A stretch of DNA of 64,000 nt from a phage, in sequence record OZ346167.1; one strand, 5' to 3'. Positions within the stretch are counted from its first letter, which is position 1; each line of letters starts with the position of its first letter. The position numbers and the translations under genes were made by a program. This document shows, one piece after another, positions 27,730 through 38,432 of this stretch. Under the pieces are notes generated by a model that had not been told where the DNA came from, ran no database searches, and saw nothing but the letters and a program-made list of their open reading frames with translations.

Positions 27730-28866
27730 TTACTCATAATCCCTAATAACTAGCCCAACAGGGAACTGTAAAGAACCCTTACGAGTCATCTTCTGGAACT
27801 GAACCGTTAAAGGTTTCCCGATAAACTCTTCAGGATGTTCAGCAAGATACTGTTTCTTCTCGTGTGTAGTTTTCCATGAAACATCTACAAAGACGTTAGG
27901 AAGAGTCTCTACAACGAACTTACCATGACCACGTTTATCAGTCTTTACACCAGTCACTTTAAACTCTTCAGTGTGCATCTTCTTGTGCTTAATCAAGAAG
28001 TATGAACGGTGACAACACTCATAGAAGGAGTCTTCAGAGATTGAGCGGTACATTGCACCTTCAAACTTAGTTTCAACCCACTTATCATGAGCTTCATCAA
28101 ACTCTTCCCAAGAATTTACACGGATAGTCTGCACAGGAACAACTCTACAGGTATCCCCAAGCTCAACAATAGGTGAGTTATCAATAACTTCACGACGCTC
28201 AGGCCAAGATTTTGAATTGTCACAGATATCATACCAGTAGAATTTAAGAAGGTGACGGTCTGGATTGTCAGCATTCTTAATCATAGATACAATATCTTCT
28301 AAGTCCCAACCATGAGCATAAATCTCACCATCAAAGTCTTCAACTTGTGGATGTAATTTAAGCAACAAAAGCAAATCTGGGATTAGTTCTGTTGGAACGT
28401 TGTAAACAGTATTCTCACGAGAATAAGCTGTGAAACTGACTGAATCAGCATCTCTTGAAATTCTACAACGGACACCATCAAGTTTTGGTTGAGCATCAGC
28501 AGGGAACTTCAGATACTTTGCATGACTAACCTTTGCAGCATCATGAGCAAGCTGTACACCTACCTTCTCAGTATTCTGTGCAGATTCTTTTGTGTAAGCA
28601 TAACCTTTACGGTCAACTTGCTTTTTATACTTAGCAGCAACTTCAAAGAGAGCTTGCTGTTCAGCGTTACGCTCATTCTTTTTACCGATGTTTTTAGGTT
28701 CTGCTGTATACTCTTCAAACATCATCTTGCCATTTTCTTTACCATAGGTTGTAATAACTTTGTCACCTACAGCAACGCATGACCAGACGTTGAAAGAGCC
28801 ATCTTTATTTTGTTTGTATAGGATTGTCATTTTATTCCTCTGAGTGATACCAAGTGTTGCAAGCAT
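27730..28866 (-). CDS. ATP-dependent DNA ligase
   Basis: adenylation motif KLDGVR plus DGEIY and EGAMYR motifs. Confidence 0.75.
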   Translation of the reverse strand: MLATLGITQRNKMTILYKQNKDGSFNVWSCVAVGDKVITTYGKENGKMMFEEYTAEPKNIGKKNERNAEQQALFEVAAKYKKQVDRKGYAYTKESAQNTEKVGVQLAHDAAKVSHAKYLKFPADAQPKLDGVRCRISRDADSVSFTAYSRENTVYNVPTELIPDLLLLLKLHPQVEDFDGEIYAHGWDLEDIVSMIKNADNPDRHLLKFYWYDICDNSKSWPERREVIDNSPIVELGDTCRVVPVQTIRVNSWEEFDEAHDKWVETKFEGAMYRSISEDSFYECCHRSYFLIKHKKMHTEEFKVTGVKTDKRGHGKFVVETLPNVFVDVSWKTTHEKKQYLAEHPEEFIGKPLTVQFQKMTRKGSLQFPVGLVIRDYE

Positions 28867-29023
28867 TACATGCGTAAAGCTCTAAGTCATTTTTATCCGG
28901 TTTATGAAAACAGTTTGCTCCGCAGTGGCAACGAAATGGCTTTCCACCAACTGTCAGGACGAAGGACTGAATCTTTCCATCAGGAGTTCGTACAGCATTT
29001 TTATGCTTATCTTCTTTGTTCAT
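28832..29023 (-). CDS. small zinc-binding protein
   Basis: 63 aa with CHC...C...CNAC cysteines. Confidence 0.35.
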   Translation of the reverse strand: MNKEDKHKNAVRTPDGKIQSFVLTVGGKPFRCHCGANCFHKPDKNDLELYACNACNTWYHSEE

Positions 29024-29325
29024 TTCCTCTTGCCACCAATTTCTACGTCAATAACTTGAACATCACCAGCAACATCAAACTTATGAATGATGCTTTCCAC
29101 AGTGTAAGTCCAACCATCAATGCGAACCAACTCACCTTCTCGTGGGACGATTGGATTACGTTGAGCTACCGTTGTAGTGGAGTGAACAACATCATAACAA
29201 TAGATATAGTTTACTAGGACTTCCATCGTGAAAACCTTACTCAATAACCGTAGTGTGTGATTGACCATTTTTGCCATAGCTATAAGATGTTGTTGTTTGG
29301 GAGTTTGGACATCTGACAACAACAA
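29020..29325 (-). CDS. hypothetical protein
   Basis: 101-aa ORF. Confidence 0.35.
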   Translation of the reverse strand: MLLSDVQTPKQQHLIAMAKMVNHTLRLLSKVFTMEVLVNYIYCYDVVHSTTTVAQRNPIVPREGELVRIDGWTYTVESIIHKFDVAGDVQVIDVEIGGKRK

Positions 29326-29506
29326 TATCTCTGCTTATAGCATCACCATGTAACTTGTATACTCTGCAATCTTGCATCTCTGGTGGGAGGCTGTAAGAAG
29401 CATTTTTATCTTCATAAGAAGGGTTGCAGCCAGATAGAAAAATAACACCAAGCGCAATTACTGATTTCCACATAATACTTCCCCAGAGACTGTACATTTT
29501 CTTCAT
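29237..29506 (-). CDS. putative lipoprotein
   Basis: signal peptide with lipobox-like LSGC. Confidence 0.4.
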   Translation of the reverse strand: MKKMYSLWGSIMWKSVIALGVIFLSGCNPSYEDKNASYSLPPEMQDCRVYKLHGDAISRDIVVVRCPNSQTTTSYSYGKNGQSHTTVIE

Positions 29507-29736
29507 AGCAACTCCAGAATATCAATACGCTCACCTTTGAGTACTCCAGTGCGGTCTTTTGCAATCTTACCGTCAACGATAAGGATGTGTGTAGACCTTA
29601 AAGCATCGTTGTTAAAGGTTTTTACGAACTTGCTAGGCATGACTACAATGGACATCTCCTGAATTAACTCTGGAGTGTAGCAGTTATCATGAAGTTGCTG
29701 AATAACGTCTGCAAGTGTCATTTTTGGTGTCTCCAA
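29503..29736 (-). CDS. hypothetical protein
   Basis: 77-aa ORF. Confidence 0.3.
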   Translation of the reverse strand: METPKMTLADVIQQLHDNCYTPELIQEMSIVVMPSKFVKTFNNDALRSTHILIVDGKIAKDRTGVLKGERIDILELL

Positions 29737-29927
29737 TACTCAATATCAATAAGTTCTTGTGCAATACTTTTCAGATTACCTTTCAAGAAAACCTTCTCAG
29801 AACCTGAAAGAGATGAATTGTCAATTAACCTGCTCATTCTCTCAAACAACTTCTGTTTACGGTTCTTGATAGTTTCCTTTGAAGCACCTTTCATCATCGC
29901 TGCATGGGTTCTTCCACGGTGGCTCAT
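29718..29927 (-). CDS. hypothetical protein
   Basis: 69-aa basic ORF. Confidence 0.3.
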   Translation of the reverse strand: MSHRGRTHAAMMKGASKETIKNRKQKLFERMSRLIDNSSLSGSEKVFLKGNLKSIAQELIDIEYWRHQK

Positions 29928-29978
29928 AATCCCTCCTATATAAGATATTGTATAAGGTACTCTTCCATGAGCACCTTG

Positions 29979-30545
29979 TCAAGATAGTTTTGCAAACTCT
30001 CCGTGGAGTTTAATAGCAGCTTCACAGTAAGCTTTATGGGCTTCTTCAGGTGTGTCATGGTAACCTAAAAACATCTTCTTACCTTTATAACTTATCTGTG
30101 CGACCCACTTACCAGACTTCTTCTTCAGGCTTACACCCTTATAGCCTGATTTATTGGTGGATAGTTTGCTTTTATTCCAAGCACTTTGGTAGTCATATGC
30201 TTCTCTTAAGTTTACAATCCTGTTATCAAGGGAGTCTCCATTAATATGGTCAATAACACCTTTCGGCAACCTACCATACATGTACAGCCATGCGAGTCTG
30301 TGTGCTTTATGTGCTTTCTTGTCAAAATAGATAGTAATCTGCTTATGACCAGTTGAGTCAATCTGGATGCTCCCCGCTACCTGTCCTGCGTACTGACTAT
30401 TAAAAACTTTAACAGCCTTTGAGTCGCCCTCTCTACGAAGCCAAGTAAAGACCCCTGTTTCGGGGTCATAGTGTAGTAGTTCCTTTAAACGTTCTTTTGT
30501 AATCATTTTGTCACCATTAATGCACTTCCAACCACGATTTACCAA
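29979..30545 (-). CDS. HNH homing endonuclease with AP2-type DNA-binding domain (free-standing)
   Basis: HNH core HRLAWLYMYG...IDHINGDSLDNRIVNLR; AP2-like GYKGVSLKKKSGKWVAQISYKGKKMFLGYHDTPEEAHKAY; overlaps 3' end of polymerase exon 2; paralog of 40353-40868. Confidence 0.8.
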   Translation of the reverse strand: MVNRGWKCINGDKMITKERLKELLHYDPETGVFTWLRREGDSKAVKVFNSQYAGQVAGSIQIDSTGHKQITIYFDKKAHKAHRLAWLYMYGRLPKGVIDHINGDSLDNRIVNLREAYDYQSAWNKSKLSTNKSGYKGVSLKKKSGKWVAQISYKGKKMFLGYHDTPEEAHKAYCEAAIKLHGEFAKLS

Positions 30546-31076
30546 CCTTTGCTGTACCAGTTACAAGTGTTTCTTTCCTCAAACCTAAGTTTTTTGAAGC
30601 TTGTCCATACATCCAGTCAGCAATTGCTTTCATATCATGTGTCATACCCTCTGGACATTCCCAACTATTTTCATCGTGATATGCCAGAAGTAACCTTGCT
30701 CCGATAGCTGGTTTTCGAGCATTCAGTTTTGTCAGGCCATCTTCACAGGCTTTTCTTGCTGCTAGGTTGATGGCCTCATTCTGAATCTGTGCTTCCGAAC
30801 TCATCAGGAGGTAGTTCAGTAGTTTATGTGGAGATTTGCACCATATCCATGCTCCAGCGACCCTGATATAACCACCTTTAGCAATTGAAGAATTCTTCCC
30901 AAAAACCTCTTCCAGAGCCTTTTTAGACGCCTTAAAATCGGCTTCTAAGCTATCAAGTAACTTCTTAATCTTTGGCAGACGCATATAGTAAGTTTGTTTA
31001 GTTAATGCACCTTCCTCTGTAGAAGCTGCCTTAATGGTTTTGGCAAACTTCTCATCACCTGCACCGAACAATACAT
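30517..31076 (-). CDS. DNA polymerase (family A, T7 gp5-like), exon 2 (C-terminal part)
   Basis: FGAGDEKF, SPHKLLNYLL, AYHDE (motif C) align with T7 DNA polymerase C-terminus; in-frame stop immediately upstream at 31081-31083; exact 5' boundary uncertain by a few nt. Confidence 0.8.
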
Positions 31077-31347
31077 CTGGTCAATACACTCGCAAGGTGT
31101 ACCAGTTCTCTTATGAACTTCTCCGCATTTCTACGGAGTGTCGGACTATATCACGTAGTAGTAATACTACCGTTGCACTTGGGAATGGTCATTGGCTTAC
31201 CACCCTACTCTACTCAGTTCATACGTTAAGTATGCTTTTCGATAGTCTCTGAACGTTCCTCTTAAGAGGCTTCGCTGCTGATTACCATATCTTTACAGAC
31301 TTAGGCTTCCAGCAATTCACAACGTTTTACATGCGCCACTGACGCAT
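31077..31347 (-). mobile_element. group I intron (ORF-less) in DNA polymerase motif B
   Basis: on the transcribed strand the conserved core elements P (AAUUGCUGGAAG), Q (AAUCAGCAGCG), R (GUUCAGAGACUA; + coords 31243-31252) and S (GAUAUAGUCC; 31143-31151) occur in canonical order; ends in G; splits polymerase motif B. Confidence 0.75.
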
Positions 31348-33514
31348 AAATGCCATTTTTGGCTTTCTTACGACCTTTTGTAATCTCGTGGAGAAGTTCC
31401 TCATCCTGTGTCTCCCTACAACGAACAATATCTTCTTCCTTGTTCAGACCAAAGTAAATACTGTTCAGTGTATGCGCATCAGTCCCTGTGTAGACTTCAT
31501 AGAGGTCGTTCTCAGCATCATAACGAAGATACTTGTCAGTTTCTGGATTAAGGTGCTTATCAAGATGTTTGCAATAATATCTCCCATCTTCTTGCTTGGT
31601 AAATTCTACTGACTCTTTACCTTCAGTTACTGCTTTAGTGAACTCTTTATCACCCATAAAGTTACACAGTAAAACAAGCTGTGCAGAGTTCTGGTCAACA
31701 GAAACAATGTTAGTCCCCTCTTCACAAATCCACACTGCCCTCATAGGTGCTCCATAGACAGCAGCACCAGACGGTACGTTTACAATACCATATTGTGTCA
31801 TACGTCCAGTTGAAGTACCAAACACCATTGCACCAGCACTAAGGCGACCATCAGGACGAATCTGGTTCAACCAACCTTTTTCATCATCCTTTGAGTTCTC
31901 AATAGTTCTGCGTCGGTGCATCAAAGTATAGTACTTAGCAATCTTCTGTCCAAGCTCACCTTCAATCGTATCATAAGATGATTCAGTAAGTTTTGGTGAA
32001 GTACGGATTAAGCAAGGCTCAAGCAAGTCTGTGTATTTCTTCACAGACCAGTTATGCTCAATGTACTGTACACCTTCATGTTCAACATAACTCAAACCAC
32101 ACCGCTCAACCATTTCCTGCCACTTAGGATGCTTTGTAATCATCTTTTTATTGTCTTTGAAACGACAAACTTTGACAGGGCGACCATCTGAGTCTTTCTT
32201 GTAATTCCAGTCATCTGGAATCCAACCAACTGATTTCAAGTAGTCTTTAACAACTGCTACCTGAGTCATACGAGAAACTTCAAACTCAATTGGTGTATAT
32301 GGTGCATCAATCAAACCTGTGTAGCGACTTGACTCAAGTTCAAAGTGATTAACAACGTGGCTGTTATAGTACTTCACAGTTTTGACTGTTTTTACTGGCT
32401 TCCAGTCTTTGCATTTCTTACCAATCTTTGCGTTCAACTCATTGCAAATTGCACGAGCATCCTTCATTGCTACAAATCCCTCTTTGTACTCTTCACCAGT
32501 TACAGAGTTGGTTGGTGTATAGCAATTTCTCTTTTCAATGTTAAAAATCTTTGTAGTTGGCTTACCAAATGGCTTGATTTCATATGTCTGCATCTCACCG
32601 TTACGTACCTGCTGACGATACTTTGTCTTAGGGTACTTGGTAATCCTCTTCAGCCCATCTGCATGACCGAATGCTTCAACATATTCATTCCAAGCTTTTG
32701 CAAACTCTTCTCCAGTAACTTTACCTTTGGTCTTAATAGTTGGAGGAAGATGTGGTTCAACCTCTGAAGCAAGCTCATTAGTCAACTTGTCAAGTTCCTT
32801 TACATGGAACTCCATAAGCTCTTTATCAGCTTTCCAACCATTGATAGCTTGCTGGCTCATCCAGAAAGATGTTTCTTTAGCTCGCATGTAGGTTTCATAA
32901 GTGTCTATGCCACACTTCTTAAGCTTGAGATACTCGTTATCAAGTGCCCGTTTAGTTTTGGCGTTAATACGGATATCTTCTACGACACGAGTGAAGATTT
33001 CTGCATTCCACACACCCCAATGCTCAATCTCTGGCTTACGAACACCAACACGAGCACCCCATGCAGCCAAACCATGAGCACCTTTATAACCCTTTGGAGT
33101 TGGCCTATCCATCCACTGAACACGAGACTGGATAAGAGAATCCTGAAAGAAATTACCCCACGGCTTACATTTTGGATTATCAAAGTTCCATAAATCAGGT
33201 GCAATGTGATTGAAAACCCACCAGTCATAACCGAGACCATTATGGATGCAAAGACGTTTTGCCTTTAACGCAAATTCAACACCTTCACGTAAACCACCTT
33301 TGATGTACTTAGTGTACTTGTGACCGAGGATAGGCTCATCTGTAAAGACCCATACAGGTGGCTCTTCATCGTCAGATTTATAGTCTGCAAAGGCCATTAC
33401 GTGAACTTTAGTGAACTCAAGGAGTAAACCATCAGTTTCTGTATCACCAACCAAATGTAAGTTTTTAAAATCTACGTTTTCCATTTTTACTCCCTCTAAA
33501 ATCATTAACCTCAT
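31348..33514 (-). CDS. DNA polymerase (family A, T7 gp5-like), exon 1 (3'-5' exonuclease and most of polymerase domain)
   Basis: motif A-like IVSVDQNSAQL and start of motif B RKKAKNGIY; continuous ORF ends in a stop 16 codons into the intron. Confidence 0.8.
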
Positions 33515-33741
33515 ACATTACTGCAAAAAATTATAAAAAGCAAGTTGACAATGTACTTGACAAGGTGTTAATCTTTGCGAAGTGGGTTTTTACTTAAAAG
33601 GTTACTTAACAGTTTAACTATACAGATACTTTAAAACTCTTAAAAGATTATTTAATAGCTTTTAAAAAGCTTTAAAGTATAACGTATAGAATACGTTAAG
33701 ATAAAAGATTAAAACTTAATAGTTACTTAAAAGAGGCTTAC

Positions 33742-34164
33742 ATGCAGAAAATGTTTGTTCACCCAGACATAGCTGACTTTGTTAGAGCTTTGCAGAAGTT
33801 GGAAGAACTTGACATTGCTGCTCAACGGGAATATGCTCACCATCACAGGAGAATGGTTGATATACAACATGAAATAGAGTTATCTGAAAACTATGAAGAT
33901 GACTTAAAATGCTCTGTATTTGAGCATATGAAAGATGTTGCTACAGCGAGACGTAAAGCTAAAGACACAGTTGCTTTACTAGATTCTCTTAAAAAGAGGT
34001 TGCAAAGTGGTACAGACCTGTGTAATCTAGCGTCACTGATTAACGATGTTGAAACTTCTTGGGATAGGCACTATTATCCACGTTCTGAAAAGACACTTGA
34101 CTTTTCTTCATCCGAAAACTTAAAATGTTCTAGAAAGAAACTTAACCAACTGAGAGAGAAATAA
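33742..34164 (+). CDS. hypothetical protein
   Basis: 140-aa ORF, first gene of plus-strand replication block, divergent from polymerase. Confidence 0.4.
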   Translation: MQKMFVHPDIADFVRALQKLEELDIAAQREYAHHHRRMVDIQHEIELSENYEDDLKCSVFEHMKDVATARRKAKDTVALLDSLKKRLQSGTDLCNLASLINDVETSWDRHYYPRSEKTLDFSSSENLKCSRKKLNQLREK

Positions 34165-34165
34165 T

Positions 34166-34966
34166 ATGAATATCGATGTAGAAAAGATGCTTGAAGAAAA
34201 AGGTATTGACGAAGCATTTTTAATCAATGCCGTAGAAAGCATGGCTATGATTCTTCGTGGGAACAACTACACAGAACAGTTTATGCCTTCAAGCTATAAC
34301 TTGCCTGAAGACAAGTCTGATAACGGTGCTTTTGCAGAACAGGTTAACATGATGTTGACAGACACTACACTTGCTTTAGCATCTATAGTCGTAGGTGTTG
34401 ATGCTCTTGCAGAGTTCATTTTTAAGGAGATGCAGAAAAATGACTATATCTCCCTTAACTCTGAAGAAAAGGACTTATTACTGTCATTAGGTAATAATGA
34501 GTTAATTTCCATGATAATTTCATCAACAAGTGCTGTTATGGCTGCTCTTGAGAAGCGAATGGAAGAGAAGCTGTCACGATATGAAAAACTTGATTGGGGG
34601 GTAGAAGAACTAAACCCACGAATCCAAGAAATTATCCAGCAAACTAAAGAGTCTTTGGAAGAAGCTGTTGAAAATGACTCTGTAGCTGATATAGAACCAC
34701 TTCAGGTGAAAGTTGCACTGATGATTCCAGCTATCTCTACGATGATGAATATCGTTGCACTAATCCAACTTTCACAGATGATGGGTATGAGTATTGAGTT
34801 CATTGAGGAGATGACTGGTGGTGTCAGTCTGCAAGCAATCAATGATGTTTTGGTGAACATTGGTGCTTCAATCATTGAAGAAAAACTACGCATTAACTTC
34901 GGTGATGATTTTGTGAAGCAAATCTCAGCTATGGCTGAAAAAGAGTCTGCTGAGCAACTGCACTAA
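34166..34966 (+). CDS. hypothetical protein
   Basis: 266-aa ORF followed by terminator. Confidence 0.4.
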   Translation: MNIDVEKMLEEKGIDEAFLINAVESMAMILRGNNYTEQFMPSSYNLPEDKSDNGAFAEQVNMMLTDTTLALASIVVGVDALAEFIFKEMQKNDYISLNSEEKDLLLSLGNNELISMIISSTSAVMAALEKRMEEKLSRYEKLDWGVEELNPRIQEIIQQTKESLEEAVENDSVADIEPLQVKVALMIPAISTMMNIVALIQLSQMMGMSIEFIEEMTGGVSLQAINDVLVNIGASIIEEKLRINFGDDFVKQISAMAEKESAEQLH

Positions 34967-34984
34967 ATCTTTATAAATCTTAAA

Positions 34985-35010
34985 AGCCTCCTTAGTTGGG
35001 GGCTTTTTAG
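34985..35010 (+). terminator. rho-independent terminator
   Basis: AAGCCTCC-TTAGTT-GGGGGCTT followed by TTTT. Confidence 0.55.
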
Positions 35011-35027
35011 TAATTAAGGGAGATAAA

Positions 35028-35771
35028 ATGAGTAATATTATCGCATTTACTGGAAAGGCACGTTCTGGAAAAGACACCTCATGTTCTATTGTGAAGAACA
35101 TCTTAGAGGATGAGTATGGCTACAATGTTGCTGTAATGGCCTTTGCAGACAACCTTAAACTATCTGCATCAAAGATATTTGACTTGACTTGGAATGACCT
35201 GTACGGTGAAACTAAAGAGACTCCACAGGTTTTTGACTTATCATACTCTGAACTGATGTTTAAAGTTACGGAAGCTATGGAGTTCACCTTCAGAGATGAA
35301 CGTTACCATATGGACTTCAAGCTTATGTCAGAGTTAACCGGACGATTAATCATGGAGCTTAAGAAGGTTGCTAAACCGACTCTATTGACACGTCTGGGGT
35401 TTAGTAAAAAGTATAAATTCTCATCAAGACAAATTCAACAGGTTTGGGGTACTGAAGTTGTCCGTAAAGTAATGGGCGACAAGTTCTGGTCTAAAGACCT
35501 TGAAAAAAGAATGGTTAGATTCCATGAAATGTGCTCACTTAGAAATCAATATGGTTTTGTATTAATCAGTGATTTAAGATTTGACTCTGAAGCTGAATGG
35601 CTGAGTAGATTTGCACACCAAACTATTGAAGTAAAAAGAGACAATGTGGACAAAGTTTCATCACATGTTTCAGAAAATGGGATTTCTACAAAATATGAGC
35701 GTGACATTATTCATAATAATGGTACTCTTGCAGACCTTGAGAACAAGCTAAGAGCCATCATTAAAGTTTAA
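35028..35771 (+). CDS. deoxynucleoside monophosphate kinase (T4 gp1-like)
   Basis: N-terminal P-loop IAFTGKARSGKDT closely resembles T4 gp1 N-terminus. Confidence 0.65.
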   Translation: MSNIIAFTGKARSGKDTSCSIVKNILEDEYGYNVAVMAFADNLKLSASKIFDLTWNDLYGETKETPQVFDLSYSELMFKVTEAMEFTFRDERYHMDFKLMSELTGRLIMELKKVAKPTLLTRLGFSKKYKFSSRQIQQVWGTEVVRKVMGDKFWSKDLEKRMVRFHEMCSLRNQYGFVLISDLRFDSEAEWLSRFAHQTIEVKRDNVDKVSSHVSENGISTKYERDIIHNNGTLADLENKLRAIIKV

Positions 35772-35779
35772 AAGAGAGA

Positions 35780-35980
35780 ATGAAGATGAGAGTAAAAGAC
35801 AATTTTAAAGTTATTGACCACCGTTTAGTGGAACTCTCATCTCTTTCCAATGAGGTAATGATTGAACGTCTTAAGAGAGTTGAATCACGAAGGAAAGAGA
35901 TTGCAGATGAAATTCATGAACTGGACAAGATTGAAAATGGATTGAAGGCAGAACTACAACGAAGAGGTGCTAATGTCTAA
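35780..35980 (+). CDS. hypothetical coiled-coil protein
   Basis: 66-aa ORF. Confidence 0.3.
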   Translation: MKMRVKDNFKVIDHRLVELSSLSNEVMIERLKRVESRRKEIADEIHELDKIENGLKAELQRRGANV

Positions 35981-37958
35981 AGGTCGTAAATTGAAAGAGG
36001 CTGGTCAGTTTGTTGGTCATTGTGCATGTCCACGTTGTGGTTCATCAGATGCTGGTTCAATCTATCATCATGACGATGATTCTTATTCGATGACTTGCTT
36101 TAGTTGTAAGAAAGGTTTCCCAGAGTGGGATTTTGATAAAGGACAAATCGTGAGCACTTATTCTACTGGTTCAGACAATAAAAACCGTACTTTCCGTGGA
36201 ATGGATTTAGACGATGTAAAAGAAAACCTAGAAGCAATGGACTTGAAAGACAGGAAGATTCCTGCAAAAGTTCTTGAGCGTTTGGGTATTAAGGTTGACA
36301 TTGACAGTGATGGTGAAATTGACGCACATTTCTACCCAACTTACAAACGTAATGAAGATGGTAAGCTAGAACATGTTGGCTACCGTGTTCGTCACCGTTA
36401 CCCAGAAGACCATCCAAAAGAGCACCTACGTGGTAAGCTAAAAGACTTCTCAGGTGGTGTTGGAGACATTAAAGGTGAACTGGCAATGTTCGGTTCATGG
36501 ATTGCTCCAGAAGGTGGTAACCGTCTATTCATCTGGGAAGGTGAGATGGAATGTGCGACCGCAATCTATATGACTTCTCTTGCGATTAAGGACAAGTCTC
36601 GTCGTAAGAATTACTGTCACGTATCTGTCCCATCAGGTGCAAACATTAAGTCTATCAAAGACAACTATCAGTACATTACATCATTTGATGAGATTTACTT
36701 GTGCTTTGATAATGATGAAGCAGGTGCTAAAGCTACCAAAGAGGCTGCTGGCATTCTCCCTATCGAGAAGGTTCGTTTATTTCAGTATCCAGAGGGTGTA
36801 AAAGACCTTAACGAATGGTGGACAAAGTTCTATAAAGAGAAAGACACAGTTCTGGAAGGATTTAAGCAGCGTATCTACAATGCACCTCGTTACTGTCCTG
36901 CTGGTATCAAGAACTTTGCAGATGGTTTTGAGGCAATGAAGAATCGTGGTCAGATTCCATTGATTCCTTTCCCAGAATCTTTCGGAGATTTGAACAGGCT
37001 GACTTATGGTGGTTACGGTTTAGGTGAGATTACAACTATTGCAGCACCATCTTCAGTAGGTAAGTCAGCTTACACTCGTGAGATGATTTATTCAGCTTGG
37101 AAAGAAACTGATTATAATATCGGTGTAATTCCTGTAGAAGATACTTACGAAGAACTTATGGAAATGCTCTGTGCAATCCACCTGAGCAAGCAGATTTCTG
37201 AGATTCCTTATGATGAACGGGATTGGGATGAATTAAAAGGAGCACACGCAGAACTATCTAAAGGCCGTCGTATCCATATCGTTGACCATCAAGGGGCAAT
37301 TGACCAAGATAACCTGCTAGAGTTTGTTGACTATCTTGTTAACAGTTTAGACTGTAAGATTATCATTCTTGACCCTATCACGTTGGCTCTGTCACGTTCT
37401 GATACGGATGAAGAGGAAGTATTGTCTGAACTATTGCGTCGTTGCAAACGCTACCAGTATGCACAGGTAAACGTCTGTCACGTTCGTAAGAGTGCAGGTG
37501 GTCAGAAGGCTAACTCTGAAGGTGGGGATATCTCTGAAGAGGATATTAAAGGCTCTGGTGCGTATTTCCAGATTTCTATGAACAACATTCTGTTAATGCG
37601 TAACAAGGTTGACCCAGACCCTGTTAAGAAAAACTTGACAAAAATCAAGCTAACTAAATGTCGTCGTCACGGTAAGTCAACGGGTATTGCTGGTCATACT
37701 TGGTACAATCCAGATACAGGACGCCTCATTAAAGCATCTGGTTGTGGAGTTGACATTGATGGTGCAGCAGAAAATATTCGCCAACAGTTTGGTATTGGTG
37801 AAGCTGAAGACCATTACGATGATTCTTTGCCACATTATGAGGATGAAGTGTTTGACCGTGAGACTGGTGAAGTCTATACTGAAGAGCAGCGTCAAAGCTC
37901 AACGATTCCACCTGTATTAAGTGAGGATGCAGATGACTGCCCATTCGAAACTGAGTGA
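35967..37958 (+). CDS. bifunctional primase-helicase (T7 gp4-like)
   Basis: N-terminal zinc ribbon CPRCGSSD...CFSCKKG; TOPRIM-like IWEGEMECATA; DnaB-type Walker A APSSVGKSAYT. Confidence 0.85.
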   Translation: MLMSKGRKLKEAGQFVGHCACPRCGSSDAGSIYHHDDDSYSMTCFSCKKGFPEWDFDKGQIVSTYSTGSDNKNRTFRGMDLDDVKENLEAMDLKDRKIPAKVLERLGIKVDIDSDGEIDAHFYPTYKRNEDGKLEHVGYRVRHRYPEDHPKEHLRGKLKDFSGGVGDIKGELAMFGSWIAPEGGNRLFIWEGEMECATAIYMTSLAIKDKSRRKNYCHVSVPSGANIKSIKDNYQYITSFDEIYLCFDNDEAGAKATKEAAGILPIEKVRLFQYPEGVKDLNEWWTKFYKEKDTVLEGFKQRIYNAPRYCPAGIKNFADGFEAMKNRGQIPLIPFPESFGDLNRLTYGGYGLGEITTIAAPSSVGKSAYTREMIYSAWKETDYNIGVIPVEDTYEELMEMLCAIHLSKQISEIPYDERDWDELKGAHAELSKGRRIHIVDHQGAIDQDNLLEFVDYLVNSLDCKIIILDPITLALSRSDTDEEEVLSELLRRCKRYQYAQVNVCHVRKSAGGQKANSEGGDISEEDIKGSGAYFQISMNNILLMRNKVDPDPVKKNLTKIKLTKCRRHGKSTGIAGHTWYNPDTGRLIKASGCGVDIDGAAENIRQQFGIGEAEDHYDDSLPHYEDEVFDRETGEVYTEEQRQSSTIPPVLSEDADDCPFETE

Positions 37959-38214
37959 TAGTTATAAAAGAGAGGGGTTCACACCCTTCTTTGAAGAAAA
38001 AAGTTTAAATAAATTTCAGGAAGAGTGTTTGACAAAGATTGATAGGTTCTATAGAATGCTCTACATGAAATGTGATGGCGGTGTTGAGGTAGAAGAAAAG
38101 TTCCATCACAGTATTATCACAGTCACTATTACTATACCTGAACATAATATTGGTTGGCTGTTTATAATGAAAGAAAATGTGTTTGAATATCAAGTATATC
38201 GGAGAATATCATGA
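37921..38214 (+). CDS. hypothetical protein
   Basis: 97-aa ORF. Confidence 0.3.
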   Translation: MRMQMTAHSKLSDSYKREGFTPFFEEKSLNKFQEECLTKIDRFYRMLYMKCDGGVEVEEKFHHSIITVTITIPEHNIGWLFIMKENVFEYQVYRRIS

Positions 38215-38367
38215 AACACTCTAAAGCATTTGAAAAAGTTTTTGGGGATTCCTTAAAAGCCACTGCTGGAAAACCAGCAAAGTACTATGAAGAGAAACGT
38301 GTAAGAACTGGAAAAACTGCACGTAAAGCAGCTTCTAAAGATAAGCACAACTTCCAGTAATTAGTAT

Positions 38368-38396
38368 TTGACAATAGAGTATCAACAAATTAGAAT
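38368..38396 (+). promoter_or_regulatory. sigma70-like promoter upstream of SSB-like gene
   Basis: TTGACA-17 nt-TAGAAT. Confidence 0.55.
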
Positions 38397-38432
38397 TGGT
38401 ACTCTTCATAAATTGAGATAGAGGTTTAAATA

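Noticed and set aside
27530-27739. 69-aa + strand ORF at the edge of the A/C-rich repeat region
   Set aside because: Lies in a region where both neighbours are on the minus strand; starts inside the repeat, has a low-complexity product and no RBS; more likely non-coding.
31077-31347. Intein or genuinely two-subunit split polymerase as explanation for the interrupted polymerase gene
   Set aside because: The intervening sequence is not an in-frame ORF (stops in all frames) and is too short for an intein; P, Q, R and S group I core elements make an intron the simplest explanation.
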